A stretch of DNA of 64,000 nucleotides from Octopus sinensis. Its lineage: Eukaryota. The notes beneath the pieces were generated by a model. It was not told the origin of the DNA. It saw only the letters and a program-made list of their open reading frames with translations, and did no database searches. A program made the position numbers and the translations under genes. Each line of letters opens with the position of its first letter. Position 1 is the first letter of the stretch. Below, one piece after another: positions 25,365 to 40,320 of this stretch. The stretch covers positions 61,504,001 to 61,568,000 of the forward strand of contig NC_043002.1 in NCBI RefSeq assembly GCF_006345805.1. The letters are read 5' to 3'.

Positions 25365-27485
25365 AATTTCTTCTCATTCATCCACCGGTCAGCAATTGTG
25401 GACCACAAAAATAACTAAATGAATCTCATTTCAATTAAATTTTAGAAGACCAGATATGGTTTCACCTGTTGCTGTTTAATAACAGTGTGACACATCTAAT
25501 TCGTGTCGAGCGATATCAGATAAATAAGTAGATAAATTATATAGGCAAGTAGATAGATTGGCATGTGTATATTTATATGCATGTGAATACATGTGTAGAG
25601 ACATCGTTATAATGAATCCAGGTTCGTTTTTATTGAGTTCTACTGCTTTTGTATTAATTACTGTATTTTAGATAACTGTGTCCTTTACGTTGTTGATGAT
25701 GTGGCCATCGAAAACAATGACAATGAGAAATCTAATGATGATTATGACGATGGTGATTGCGAAGTCTATCGGGACCAATATCACTACAATGATTACGATG
25801 AAATTGTAAAGGTGATCTTACTGGCTGGTTGATTTTGATGTTTTAACATTTTAACAGCATGTACAACGATAGAAACTATGAATCAATATCTCTTTATTTT
25901 ACAATACTTCTTCCCAGATGTTTGGACACTATTAAGTAAATGCAGTTGTTCGGGTGTGGTCTTATTTTATGATTCTGCAAGTTTAAAAAAAAAATATTAT
26001 TTGTTTAATGTATATGTTACACGGCTATTAAATGAAAAAACGTTCAAATATTATTACTGTCTCATACGACTTGTGAAACGACTAACTTCATTGAACAGGT
26101 GCCCTTCGATCTTGTAAGTCATATTCTTTCCTTCGAACTTATAACACATAATTTACAACATGATAGATATGAATGACTCCTAATTTTGTGAGCATGGTTT
26201 ATGGAATACCACTCAACGATGCCCGAGCCATATTAGTCATAGTCGCTTAAATAGGAGACATTGGAGGTGAAATGTTTGCGGTAACTTGATGAGGAAAACT
26301 GTCGCTCGTCCACTCAAGATTAATGTAGATCTGGTGAAAATGACCAGATTCATAATAATATACGTACAGCTTCTCAAAGGGTAACTCTCTCAATGCAGGG
26401 CTTGACAAACGACTTCATTGTCACGATGTAATGTACATGATCGATGCAAAAATATTACTGGGGAAAAGTGAGGTAACACTGCACGGAATTCATCGCTAAC
26501 GTTACGACGATGAGTTCCTTCATTTTCAGTTGCGAACCGACCGCAATTCTGTAAGTCTGAAAGCCGTAGTAAACTGGCCAGACGGTGTAGGACAGGCATT
26601 CTGTAGTCCAACTTTTCTATGCCACTCCCTTACTGGGGTGAGCAGTGCATTGCTAAAACTCTACTCAGTCGTCTGGGACGTTGTCTAAATCCTCCGCTAC
26701 CCCGAGTTCGAAGATTAACAGCCAAAGTCCCATGCCGCCTACATCATGAATGTGACTATGACTGCCGATGGCTAATTTCACCTGTCACTTTTACCGTTGA
26801 CCCGTGACTGGAGGACTTCAGTGGAAAGTTGGGGCTGAAATACACAATGTAATATTCCCTACTGAGTGAGATCCAGCAGTTTTTAAACTTGGTCATTTCA
26901 GGTAGAGAATTTATATATAGTGTTGCCGAGACAAAGGCTTTTTATTTAAAGTGACCTAAAAATAGGGATGGTATTAGAAGGGTCAAATCGAAAACAGGAA
27001 GAGGGGAATGAAGAAAGAAAGAAAAAAAGAAAGCGAAAAAAAGAAGAGAAAGAAAAGATGAGAGAGGAAAAAGAGAGAAGGAGAAGAAAGTAAGATGAAC
27101 CTAATAAAAAAATAACAAAATAAAAAATAAAAACAAAGAACCCTGAAAAGAGGAATAAAGGGAATAAAGAAAAAAAAAGAGAAAAGAAAAATGAAGATAT
27201 AGATCAGTCAGTGGTCAGTGGATACAATTTAAGAGTAAGAGTGGGAAGAGGAAGGGGTAAAGAGAGAAAGGTGTTCTAGCGTAAACAGAAAGAAGGAATG
27301 TCAAAAGTGTAGTTGTAGAGTCTAAGTGAAGAGCGGCAGAGATAGGGGATAGTAGTATGAAAACTTAAGGAATTTATATGTTTAGCAGTTCAGTGCTTAG
27401 TAATATAATTTTCACATATTGCATTTACACACACACACACATACATACATACATACACACATACACGCACACTCACACACATATA

Positions 27486-27576
<91 letters not shown>

Positions 27577-27985
27577 TATATATATATATCTGTAACGTAA
27601 TATATGACAATTTTTCGGTATCCATTTATAGAGATATTGTTTTATAGGTTTATTGTACATAATTTTTACACATACTTTTTCTGTATTCTACCATATACCC
27701 TGCAATTTTCCATGTGCGTATATAGACGTGTCTTTCACCCTGTTTTCTTTTACAAATTTTCCTGTACTTTTGCCTTCAGCCTTGTTTTTTCTTGTACGTA
27801 TGCGTCTATAGACGTGTGTATGAACTTTCTGTGCGCGCGCGCGCGTGTGTGTGTGTGTATGTGCTTATATAGACGTGTGCGGGTATGCGCATGTATAGAC
27901 GTGCGTGTGTGAGTGCATACGGATGTGTGCGTATATAGACGTGTTTTACTCCCATGGTTTTTTCATACTTCTTTACACATTTTTC

Positions 27986-29029
27986 GGATCTTTTCTTTTT
28001 GAAGGCCAGATTTTCCTAGTTAACTAAACAATTTGAAACTTCTTATACTGGTAGAATGTGTCAAAAGAAAATATTATCGTAAACAAAATTGAAAACAAAA
28101 TTGTAATTCGTAACTTAAACATAGTTTAATTTTAAGAATTTTAAGCAATGAAATCGCAGCATTCGAGCTCAAATTATTTACCTCTTCTGTCTTCTACATG
28201 TGCTAGAAATAACAGCTATATCTCTTAAAACGATTAATTCCGTCGCCCAATAAAAATATTAACGATATTTTTTGAATATTTTCTTTATTTTTTTTACCGA
28301 AAAGGCTTCTCCCATGGTTTTGAAGGGTCGGAAACAACAAAAACAAAACAATAATATGCTTAAATCGGTCTCGAGTTTGCGCGTGGAGTGTGAGTCGTAT
28401 TGTAAAAATTTGCGAAATATTTTTTCATAATACGGGCGCGCAGGTGTAGGTATAGAGATGCGCGCTTACACGAATACTATGTACAATTTTACAGCTTGTC
28501 GGAAGCTGTGATATAAAAATTTGTTGCGGCAAGTGGCAAAACGTGTATTTTTGCTTGTGTGCGTATATGTATATGTTCGTTTGTATGTGTGTGTACGCTT
28601 ATATATTAATTACTATGTGTGTGTGTGTGTGTCATTGTCCGTTTGTATGTGTGTGTACGCTTATATATCAATTACTATGTGTGTGTGTGTGTGTGTATAT
28701 GTCCGTTTGTATGTGTGTGTACGCTTATATATTAATTACTATGTGCTTGGGCAAATGTGTGTGTGTGTGTGTGTGTGGTGCGTCTGCTATATTTCTTTAT
28801 CAATATCGATAACGCAGCAATGCTGGGATTTCATTGGTTAAAATTCGAAGATGTTGGGATTTCATTGGTTAAAAATTCGTAAAAATTAAACTACGTTTAA
28901 GTTACGAATAACAATTTTGTTTTCAATATTGTTTACAATAATGTTTTCTTTTGACACATTCAACCAGGATACGAAGTTTCAAATTTTTTAGTTAACTAGG
29001 AAAATCTGGCCTTCAAAAAATAAAGATCC
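27986..29029. mobile_element. 1044-bp non-autonomous DNA transposon with ~180-bp TIRs (GGATC ends) and 8-bp TSD
   Basis: Left GGATCTTTTCTTTTTGAAGGCCAGATTTTCCTAGTTAACTAAA... is matched by the reverse complement of the right end ...TTAGTTAACTAGGAAAATCTGGCCTTCAAAAAATAAAGATCC. Flanks CATTTTTC / TATTTTTC; empty site at ~42137 (tatttttc once). Confidence 0.85.
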
Positions 29030-30288
29030 TATTTTTCTGTATTGTTGCCCCTAACCCTGTTTTTTCTTGTGTTTGTGTGCCTTGGATTGTATATATATAT
29101 ATATGGTTTTGGGGGAACGGTGTGGGTGAGAATATGTATGTTTCAAGTGATGATGGATGAGTGTATACGTATAGGCGCAGGTACGTGGGTGTGCGGGCGC
29201 GCATGTGTAGGTATAGAGATGCGCGCTTACACGAATACTATGTACAATTTTACACCCTACTTTTAATCCCTCCCCTCATTTAGGATCACTCAAATAGTTC
29301 TTTTGTCTTAATAACGATCATTCACACAATAATTTCCCATTGTTTAACGGTCGTTTTCATAGAATTTTTTCTAATGGCCGGATAACTGAATGGAGGGCTG
29401 TGTGAATTTCCACCCTGACATCCGAAACTCAGAGTTTATCATGGCTACCGAATAATTGTCACATATCAAATTTACAGATAAATTCCTCTATTTACAATTG
29501 TCGATGTCTCGTCGTCTTAATAATTCTATCAATATTATATATATAATGAGGATAATGGGATATATTGCCCTGGAACCGAACTCGAATTTCTCTGAAATCG
29601 GTTTTCAGATGCTGGCTAACGAAAATCCAGCTTATGTAGTACTCGAGCTAATGAGTTGTTAGACACTAGTAACCTCTCTCGTTGGGTAATTCTGTGCGTG
29701 CATGTTTTCCGTAGATTAACTTAATTATATTAATAATGATAAGGAGAACAAAGATTTTTCACATCCAGAAGCTTTATTTATCAATTCCTTAGAGCATATT
29801 CTGCGGATCTACACAAGTAAACCATGTTATTTTTGAAAGATATACATTTAAACAATTTAGAGAAACATCGCACGGTGTATAATTATAATCATAGTAATAA
29901 TTGAGAAACGAAAGCCCACCACACTATAAAATAAACCAAACACATTAGAATACGTTTACATTTATAATGTACGCTATGCAATAAGTGGGACAATAATCTA
30001 TTAGAAATGGTTTAACTTTCTTAAGGAATATGTAAATATAATTTTGAACCGGGAATACTAACTAGAAATTTATAAACGTGGAACATCGCCATATTGTGTA
30101 ATGTATTTTAAATACTTATATACAAACATAGATATAGTTATATATTTGTATGCACATATAGATGAATATATGTATGCCTACATAAACGGACTGAAGATTG
30201 ATGATACATAAATTATCATTAGTACGACAATTATAAATATTTAAGTAGATACTTACGGAATTGAAAAAGTATTGAAACATCGAAATTC

Positions 30289-31221
30289 TTAGTGCCTCGT
30301 TGTAACCTGGAGCGAATAGACCGTACGTCTGTTTACTGCAGACTCTTTACAACATATTTGTTTCAGGTTGTCGCGAAATGATTTGCTTACCACAACATAC
30401 AACATGAAGTTGAAAGCGTTATTGATACAAGCCAGCACATTAACAAACATGAAGATGGCAATATCTTTTTTATCGAGTAGGAATATTTTCAGGTAATTAA
30501 TAGATGAAGGAAATGTGGTTAGGAGAAAGAGTACGTTTATTGCAATCACTACATAAATAGTACTTTTTGACTGCTCTGAAATGTTTCGTTGCATATGTTG
30601 ACCGAGGTCTGGTCGATGCAGTATTTTATACAACAAAAGGATAGAACTTATTATCAAAATCATCCCTGGTACGAATGAATACATGATTTGTAAAGCACAC
30701 AAAAAGTGCGTCATATTGTTTAAAAATACTGCTAGCGTTGTATACGTAACAGCAGCACATACAAGAAGCAGAAGCAGTACTAGGTAAGGTTTATAACGTT
30801 GTGGAGAATGAAATTGTGAAAACGGGCAAAATGTTGCTACCAGACGTTCCAGAGATATGATAACGGTTATCCAGGAAGAATACATAAATATAAAAGAAAT
30901 GAACGCCTTGTATATTCCACTGTCAAAAATATCTGAAAGTGCCGTCTTAGGTAGGGAAGTAGTTGAAAACCATATTGGTTTTGGTAAATATGTCAAAACT
31001 GCAATGAAATCTACAAGAGCTAAACAATGAAGATATGGAACAACTTTTGTCTGACGCATTTGTTTCTTGAAAAATATTACGAAAATTGCTAAATTTCCGA
31101 CAGATCCAAATATCAATAATATTATTGAAACATACGGTATAGTTCTAACTAAATAAACATTTTCATTATTTTCTATCTGGCTACCGTTTGTCAATACGCC
31201 CATCATTTCTGTTTTGTTCAT
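30289..31221 (-). CDS. Intronless class A 7TM receptor, copy C (310 aa)
   Basis: Same motifs as copy A; intact ATG-to-TAA ORF. Confidence 0.93.
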   Translation of the reverse strand: MNKTEMMGVLTNGSQIENNENVYLVRTIPYVSIILLIFGSVGNLAIFVIFFKKQMRQTKVVPYLHCLALVDFIAVLTYLPKPIWFSTTSLPKTALSDIFDSGIYKAFISFIFMYSSWITVIISLERLVATFCPFSQFHSPQRYKPYLVLLLLLVCAAVTYTTLAVFLNNMTHFLCALQIMYSFVPGMILIISSILLLYKILHRPDLGQHMQRNISEQSKSTIYVVIAINVLFLLTTFPSSINYLKIFLLDKKDIAIFMFVNVLACINNAFNFMLYVVVSKSFRDNLKQICCKESAVNRRTVYSLQVTTRH

Positions 31222-32712
31222 ATTTTCTTCTAATTGATCATTCGGTCAGAAATTGTGGACCACAAAAATAACTAAATGAATCCAATTTCTATTAAATTTT
31301 GAAAGACCAGATATGGTTTCACGTGTTGCTGTTTAATAACAGTGTGACACATCTAATTCGTGTCATGCGATATCAGATAAATAAGTAGATAAAATATGTA
31401 GGCAAGTAGATAGATCGGCATGTGTATATTTATATGCATGTGAATACATGTGTAGAGACATCGTTATCATGAATCCAGCTTCGTTTTTATTGATGATGTG
31501 GCTATCGAAGACAATCACAATGAAGTTATTAATGATGATGATGATGACAAAGGTGATGGTGAAGTCTATTGGAACAAAGATCACTACTATGATGATGAAA
31601 TTGTAAAGATGATTTTACTGGCTGATTGATGTTGATGTTTAAACGTTTTTAACAGGATGTACAACGATAGAAAGTATGAATCAATATGTCTTTCATTTTA
31701 CAATACTTCCTGCTAAAGGTTTGGTCACTGTTAAATAACTGAAATTGTTCGGGTGCGGTCTTATTTTATGAATCTACAAGTTTTAACAAAATATTTTATT
31801 TGTTTAATGCATACGTTACACGGCTATTAAATGAAACGACGTTCAAATATTATTACTGTCTCATACGACTTGTGAAACGACTAACTGCATTGATCAGGTG
31901 CCCTTCGATCTTATAACTTATATTTTTTTCCTTCGATCTTATAACACATAATTTAAAACATCGTAGATATGAATGACTCCTACTTTCCTGAGCATGGTTT
32001 ATGGAATGCCGCTCAACGATGCCCCTGCCATATTAGTCAAAGTCGTTTAAATAGGAGATATGTTAGCGGTAACTTGATGATGAAAACTATCGCCCGTCCA
32101 CTTCAGATTTATGTAGAGTGAGTGAGAATGACCAGATTCATAATAAAATACGTACGGCTTCTCAAAGGGTAACTCTCTCAATGCAGGGCTTGAGAAACGA
32201 CTCCATTCTCACGATGTAATGTACATGATCGATGCAAATATTACTGGGGAAAAGTGAGGTAGCACAGCATGGAATTCATCGCTAACGTTACGGCGATGAG
32301 TTCCTTCATTTTCAGTTGGACCCGATCGCAGTCGTGTAAGTCTGAAAGCCGTGGTATACTGGCCAGACAGCGTAGGACAGGCTTTTTTTAGGCCACCTTT
32401 TCTATGCCACTCCCTTACTGGGTCAAGCAGTGCATTGCTAAAATTCTACTCAGTAGTCTGGGACGTTGTCTAAATCCTCCGCTACACCGAGTTCGAAGAA
32501 TAACAACCAAAGTCCCAAGCCGCCTACATCAGGAATGTGACTATGACTTCCGATGGCTAATTCCACCTACCACGTTCACCATTGCCCCGTCACTGGAGGA
32601 CTTCAGTGGAAAGTTGGGGCTGAAATACACAATGTAATATTCCCTTTTGAGTGAGATCCAGCAGTTTTTAAACTTGGTCATACCAAGTAGAGAATTTATA
32701 TATATATTTCTT

Positions 32713-32930
32713 TACTACCCACAAGGGGCTAAACATAGAGGGGACAAACAAGGACAGACAAAGGGATTAAGTCGATTACATCGACCCCAGTGCGAAACTG
32801 GTACTTTATTTATCGACCCCGAAAGGATGAAAGGCAAAGTCGACCTCGGTGGAATTTGAACTCAGAACGTAACGACAGACGGAATACCGCTAAGCATTTC
32901 GCCCGGGGCGCTTATGTTTCTGCCAGCGTT
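32713..32930 (-). mobile_element. tRNA-derived SINE inserted into this unit only
   Basis: Same body as 378-628; absent at the equivalent site in other units (e.g. 22130, 26915, 50745). Confidence 0.8.
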
Positions 32931-33473
32931 ACAGAGTAAAAGGCCTTTTATTTAAAGTGACCCATAAATAGGGAAGGTATTAGTAGGGTCAAAAAGAAAA
33001 CAGGAAGAGGAGAATGAAGAAAGAAAGAAAAAACAGAAAGCGAAAAAAAAGATGAGAAAGAAAAAATGAGACAAAAAAGAGAGAAGAAGGTGAGAAAGTA
33101 AGGAGAAAGTAATGAAATATTAACAAAATAAAAAATAAAATAAAAAACTCAGAAAAGAGGAATGTAGGAAATAAAGAAAAAAGAGAAAAGAAAAAAGAAG
33201 ATATAGATCAGTCAGTTGTCAGTGGACACAATTTGAGAGTAGGAGTGGGAAGATGAAGGGTTAAAGGGAGAGAAAGGTGTTCTATTGTAAAAAGATAGAA
33301 GGAATGACAAATGTGTATTAGTAGAGTCTAAGTGTAGGGGCAGAGATAGATGATAGTAGTATGAAAAATTAAGGAATTTATGTTTAGCAGTTCAGTGCTT
33401 AGTAATATAATTTTAGCATATTGCATTTACACACACATACGCACATATATATATATTTACATATAAATATTTA

Positions 33474-34145
33474 CAGTACATGGGTAATTATTTTATTTCG
33501 TATATTTTCACTTGTTTCTGGCTTTGGTTTTGTGCTGAGTTTGATTTGAGAACATAATCTTTGTGGAGAATGACGATTTGACGTCTATATCTAGCATGTT
33601 GACTGTGCACTTTTCGTGTTCAGTCCTTAATTGGTATATATAATTATTTTAATCTTCGGATTCTTTTTTAATATGCTAGACCACTGGTTTTAATTGATAA
33701 ATATCAATCTCTACCCTTAATCAATTTTATATAAAATAAATATGTTCTCTAACCGATAAATTGACTGCTGCTAATTATTAGCTGCAGGCTGGTGTTTTCG
33801 GGTCTCAACGCGGCAAAGTAAAGGCATTTGAAAGATACATTCGAATGTAATCGGTTGAACTCCATGCACGCGACAATCCGGTATCGTTTTTGCATCTAGT
33901 CCAGCAAATTACATTCAATACGCACCATGCTGAAGAGGTTACAGTTATCCTTGCGGATAATAATAAACGAAACTGATCAGTACATGGGTAATTATTTTAT
34001 TTCGTATATTTTCACTTCTTTATTGCTTTGGTTTTGTGCTGAGTTTGATTTGAGAATATAATCTTTGTGGAGTATGGCGATTTGACGTCTATATCTAGCA
34101 TGTTGACTGTCCACTTTTCGTGTTCAGTCCTTAATTGGTATATAT
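33474..34145. mobile_element. ~670-bp insertion with ~165-bp direct terminal repeats
   Basis: CAGTACATGGGTAATTATTTTATTTCG...CAGTCCTTAATTGGTATA at 33474-33640 and 33978-34145; sits inside the unit's (TA)/(CA) tract; unique to this unit. Confidence 0.55.
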
Positions 34146-34167
34146 TTAATATATATATATATATAAA

Positions 34168-34294
<127 letters not shown>

Positions 34295-34354
34295 AAATGT
34301 AATATATGACAATTATTCGGTAGCCCTTTAGAGAGATATTGTTTTATAGGTTTA

Positions 34355-35693
34355 CTAGCATTTTTGACCCGTCGTGCCGGGTCATAGTGCTAGTGCATGC
34401 AGATATGTGTATATATATATATGTGTACATATTATATGTACATCTATATATATATACATCTACACATAAAATGCAAAATACAAAGTTATATCTTGATATC
34501 GCTAGTGATAACAATACTAAAATTGTATAACAGACTGGAATTGTAGGCCCGTCCTACGTCCCAGATATAAAGGTGAAAATAAAATATTTGCACTTTGCAA
34601 GGTTGGAGTCGAGTACTCCCTTGCACGTTCCGTAGACTCGAACATTGCTTCTATTCTGGAGAATTTACCACCTCTGGTTAGATATCTTTCATAGTCGCAC
34701 CAAGATAATTTTCGATGGTGATTTCCTCCAGGTGTTCAAATCTTTTTTTTTTCTCTACATTGTATACTTTATAGACAATAGGCTTTTCTTTAATTTAATT
34801 TTTTATTTCGTTTGGTGATGTTATCCTAGATTCACCGTCTTTGTCGGTGATCAATCCGAAATAGGTTTGTATTGCTTCCATTTTAATTTTAATGAGTTTG
34901 CGCACGCCAACGGCTGCAGCGAAATGCATGTTTTGATTTTCTTCTATCGAAGGCATTCTAACAAAAATGCTTTCATGTAAACGGTGAAAATATTGTCAAT
35001 TTACCCAAAAAGAGACGCAATTCAATTTTTAAACAATAACCAAAACTCCTTCTCCCAAAGGGGGGCGGTTACAGTTAACAATTATTTACCAAATGCAACA
35101 CAACAACGTTTCCCTTACGAGGAACCAACAAACGTGATAACAATAGTTAAACAGTGAATCAAAATACAGTACGCAGTTGAAGCTATAGTCCTTATTATAT
35201 AATAGTCCATCTGGACTATTCCATTTCTACACGCTAATTTCATTTTTAATTTATTCCCATTCATGTGAAACCACTTATTCAAGTTCAAGTCATTAATGCA
35301 ATTTTATACCAATTGCTATTTTTCCTTTTGTTATGTTACGATTATATTATATTTTAGTTTGATTTTAATTATTACTTACTACTTATAATTCAATTGTTAT
35401 TATTATCTCTAATTTTTGTTGTTAAAGTGAAAGTATCTGACATAAAATAGAGAAATGCTTTTGTTTCACTTTTTACACGTCATACTGAAATAGTGGAGAA
35501 GATATGATATTGCTATGGGCTCGCCCTAGGCAAGAAGGTGAACATTTCTTTTGCCCATGAAACTACATAGACCCTAAGTAAGGCATGTGTAAAATTTGAA
35601 TGAAATTAGTAGTATAGTTCTCAAGAAGTTTTAGGGAAACACACAGACAGACAGACAGACAGACACACATTCTCAGTTTTATATATATAAATC
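34355..35693 (-). mobile_element. Non-autonomous Helitron H1
   Basis: Minus-strand 3' end ...GACCCG GCACGA CGGGTC AAAAATG CTAG|T. 5' end slightly mutated (GATTTATATATATAAAACTGAG); same insertion site as H2 and H3. Confidence 0.82.
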
Positions 35694-37295
35694 TTGCTCA
35701 TAATTATTACACATATACTTTTTCTGTATTCTACCTTCTACCCTGTATTTTTCCCTGTGCGTATATAGACGTGTCTTTCTCATTGATTTATTTTACAAGT
35801 TCTCCTGTATTTTTGCCTTCAGCCTTGTTTTATTCTTGTACATGTGCGTCTATAGACGGGTGTATGAACTTTCTGTGCCTGTGTGTGTGCTTATATAGAC
35901 GTGTGTGGTTTAGTACATGTATAGACGTGCGTGCGTGAGTGCATACGAGTGTGCGCGTATATAGACGTGATTACTCTCATTGGTTATCATACTTCTTTAC
36001 ACTTTTTTCCGTATTGTTGCCCCTAGCCCTGTTTTTTCTTGTGTTTGTGCGTATATAGTCGTGTGTATAAACCGTTTTGGTTCGCGCATGTGTGTGTGTG
36101 TTGAATTGTATATGGTTTTGGGGAATGGTGTGGGTGAAAATGTGTATGTTTCAAGTGATAATGGATGAGTGTATACTTATAGGCGCAGGTACGTGGGTGT
36201 ACGGACGCACATGTGTAGGTATAGAGATGCGCGCTTACACGAATACTATGTACAATTTTACACCCTACTTTTAATCCCTCCCCTCATTTAGAGATCATTC
36301 AAATAGTGCTTTTGTCGTAATAACGATCATTCACACAATAATTTCCCATTGTTTAACGATCGTTTTCATAGAATTTTTTCTAATGGCCGGATAACTGAAT
36401 GGAGGGCTGTGTGAATTTCCACCCTGACATCCGAAACTCAGAGTTTATTATGGCTACCGAATAATTGTCACATATCAAATTTACAGATAAATTCCTCTAT
36501 TTACAATTGTCGATGTCTCGTCGTCTTAATAATTCTATCAATATTTATATATATAATGAGGATAATGGGATATATTGCCCTGGTAGGAACCGAATTTCTC
36601 TGAAATCGGTTTCAGATGCTGGCTAACGAAAATCCAGCTTATGTAGTACTCGAGCTAATGAGTTGTTAGACACTAGTAACTTCTCTCGTTGGGTAATTCT
36701 GTGCGTGCATATTTTCCGTAGATTACTTAATAATATTAATAATGATAAGGAGAACAAAGATTTTTCACATCCAGAAGCTTTATTTATCAATTCCTTAGAG
36801 CATATTCTGCGGATCTACACAGGTAAACCATATGATTTTTGAAAGATATACATTTAAACAATTTAGAGAAACATCGCACTGTGTATAATTATAATCATAG
36901 TAATAATTGAGAAACGAAAGCCCACCACACTATAAAATAAATCAAACACATTAGAATACCTTTACATTTATAATGTACCCTATGCAATAAGTGGGACAAT
37001 AATCTATTAGAAGTGGTCTAACTTTCTTAAGGAATATGTAAATAGAATGATGAAAAGGGAATACTAACTAGAAATTTATAAACATAGAACATCACCATAT
37101 TGTGTAATGTATTTTAAAATACTTATCTGCAAACATAGATATAGTTATATATTTGTATGCACATATAGATGAATATATGTATGTCTACATAAACGGAATG
37201 TAGATTGATGATACATAAATTATCATTAGTACGACAATTATAAATATATAAGTAGATACTTACGGAATTGATAAAGTATTGAAACAGCGAAATTC

Positions 37296-38219
37296 TTAGT
37301 GCCTCGTTGTAACCTGGAGCGAATACACCATACATCTGTTTACTGCAGTCTCTTTACAACATATTTGTTTCAGATTGTCGCGAAATGATTTGCTTACCAC
37401 AACATACAACACGAAGTTGAAAACGTTATTGATACAAGCCAGCACATTTGCAAACCTGAAGATGACAATATCTTTTTCATCGAGTAGGAATATTTTCAGG
37501 TAAATTATAGATGAAGGAAATGTGGTTAGGAGAAAGAGTGCGTTTATTGCAATCACTACATAAATAGTACTTTTTGACTGCTCTGAAATATTTCGTTGCA
37601 TATGTTGACCGAGGTCTGGTCGATGCAGTATTTTATACAACAAAAGGATAGAACTTATTATCAAAATCATCCCTGGTACGAATGAATACATGATTTGTAA
37701 AGCACACAAAAAGTACGTCATATTATTAAAAAATACTGCTATCGCTGTATACGTAACAGCAACACATACAAGAAGCAGAAGCAGTACTAGGTAAGGTTTA
37801 TAACGTTGTGGAGAATGAAATTGTGAAAACGGGCAAAATATTGCTAACAGACGTTCCAGAGATATAATAACGGTTATCCAGGAAGAATATACAAATATCA
37901 AAGAAGTGAAAGCATCGTATATTTCACTGCTAAAAATACCTGTATTAGGTTGAGAAGTAGTCGACAACCATATTGGCTTTGGTAAATATGTCGAAAGCGC
38001 AATGAAATCTACAAGAGATAAACAATGAAGATATGGAACAACTTTTGTCTGACGCATTTGTTTCTTAAAAAATATTACGAAAATTGCTAAATTTCCGACA
38101 GATCCTAATATCAATAATATTATTGCAACATACTGTATAGTTCTAACTAAATAAACATTTTTATAATTTTCTATCTGGCTACTATTGTTCAAAACGCTCA
38201 TCATTTCAGTTTTGTTCAT
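37296..38219 (-). CDS. Intronless class A 7TM receptor, copy D (307 aa; 3-aa deletion in ECL1)
   Basis: Same motifs; QPNT---GIF in place of QPKTAHSDIF. Confidence 0.93.
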   Translation of the reverse strand: MNKTEMMSVLNNSSQIENYKNVYLVRTIQYVAIILLILGSVGNLAIFVIFFKKQMRQTKVVPYLHCLSLVDFIALSTYLPKPIWLSTTSQPNTGIFSSEIYDAFTSLIFVYSSWITVIISLERLLAIFCPFSQFHSPQRYKPYLVLLLLLVCVAVTYTAIAVFFNNMTYFLCALQIMYSFVPGMILIISSILLLYKILHRPDLGQHMQRNISEQSKSTIYVVIAINALFLLTTFPSSIIYLKIFLLDEKDIVIFRFANVLACINNVFNFVLYVVVSKSFRDNLKQICCKETAVNRCMVYSLQVTTRH

Positions 38220-40214
38220 ATTTTCTTCTAATTGATCCTTCGGTCAGCAATTGTGGACCACGAAAATAACTAAATGAATCCAATTTCTATAAAATTTTGA
38301 AAGACCAGTTATGGTTTCACGTGTTGCTGTTTAATAACAGTGTGACACATCTAATTCGTGTCATGCGATATCAGATAAATAAGTAGATAAAATATGTAGG
38401 CAAGTAGATAGGTCGGCGTGTGTATATTTATATGCATGTGAATACATGTGAAGAGACATCGTTATCATGAATCCAGCTTCGTTTTTATTGATGATGTGGC
38501 TATTGAAGACAATCACAATGAAGTTATTAATGATGATGATGATGACGAGGTGATGGCGAAGTCTATTGGAACACATATCACTACTATGATGATAAAATTG
38601 TAAAGTTGATTTTACTGGCTGATTGATGTTGATGTTCAAACGTTTTTAACAGGATGTACAACGATAGGAAGTGTGAATCAATATGCCTTTCATTTTACAA
38701 TACTTCCTGCTAAAGGTTTGGAGACTGTTAAGTAACTGCAATTGTTCGGGTGCGGTCTTATTTTATGAATCTATAAGTTTTAACAAAATATATTATTTGT
38801 TTAATGCATATGTTACACGGCTATTAAATGAAACGACGTTCAAGTATTATTAACGTCTCATACGACTTGTGAAACGACTAACTGCATTGAACAGGTGCCC
38901 TTCGATCTTGTAAGTCATATTTTTTCCTTCGATCTTATAACACAATATTTAAAACATGGTAGATATGAATGACTCCTACTTTCCTGAGCATGGTTAATGG
39001 AATACCGCTCAACGATGCCCCAGCCATAGTAGTCAAAGTCGTTTAAATAGGAGATATTGGAGGTGAAATGTTAGCGGTAACTTGATGATGAAAACTATCG
39101 ACCGTCCACTTCAGATATATGTAGAGTGAGTGAGAATGACCAGATTCATAATAAAATACGTACGGCTTCTCAACGGGTAACTCTCTCAATGCAGGGCTTG
39201 TGAAACGACTCCATTCTCACGATGTAATGTACATGATCGATGCAAAAGATTACTGGGGAAAAGTGAGGTAGCACAGCATGGACTTCATCGCTAACGTTAC
39301 GGCGATGAGTTCCTTCATTTTCAGTTGGACCCGACCGCAGTCGTGTAAGTCTGAAAGCCGTGGTATACTGGCCTGACAGCGTAGGACAGGCATTTTTTAG
39401 TCCACCTTTTCTATGCCACTCCCTTACTGGGTCAAGCAGTGCATTGCTAAAATTCTACTCAGTAGTCTGGGACGTTGTCTAAATCCTCAGCTACACCGAG
39501 TTCGAAGAATAACAACCAAAGTCCCAAGCCGCCTACATCAGGAATGTGACTATGACTTCCGATGGCTAATTCCACCTGCCACGATCACCATTGCCCCGTC
39601 ACTGGAGGACTTCAGTGGAAAGTTGGGGCTGAAATACACTTTTGAGTGAGATCCAGCAGTTTTTAAACTTGGTCATTCCAAGTAGAGAATTTATACATAG
39701 CGTTGCCGAGACGAAGGCTTTTTATTTAAAGTGACCCATAAATAGGGAAGGTATTAGAAGGGTCAAATCGAAAACAGGAAGAGGGGAATGAAGAAAGAAA
39801 GAAAAAAAAGAAAGCGAAAAAAAAGAAGAGAAAGAAAAAATAGGAGAAAAAGAGAGAAGAAGGAGAAGAAAGTAAGGAGAAATTAATAAAATAATAACAA
39901 AATAAAAAATAAAAATAAAAAACTGGAAAAGAGGGATGAAGGAAATAAAGAAAAAAGAGAAAAGGAAAATGAAGATATAGATCAGTCTGTGGTCAGTGGA
40001 CACAATTTGAGAGTAGGAGTGGGAAGATGAAGGGGTTCAAGGGAGAGAAAAGTGTTCTATTGTAAAAAGATAGAAGGAATGATAAATGTGTAGTAGTAGA
40101 GTGAAAGTGTAGGGGCAGAGATAGATGATAGTAGTATGAAAAATTAAGGAACTTATGTTTAGCAGTTCAGTGCTTAGTAATATAATTGTCACATATTGCA
40201 TTTACACACACACA

Positions 40215-40255
<41 letters not shown>

Positions 40256-40278
40256 TATATATATATATATATTATATA

Positions 40279-40320
<42 letters not shown>

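Noticed and set aside
32404-32637. ORF with HQECDYDFRWL, resembling an LRR C-terminal cap, repeated in several units
   Set aside because: No LRRs upstream; start, frame and length differ among unit copies (26619, 32404, 39413; broken at ~21830 and ~58390). Best explained as chance in co-duplicated spacer DNA.
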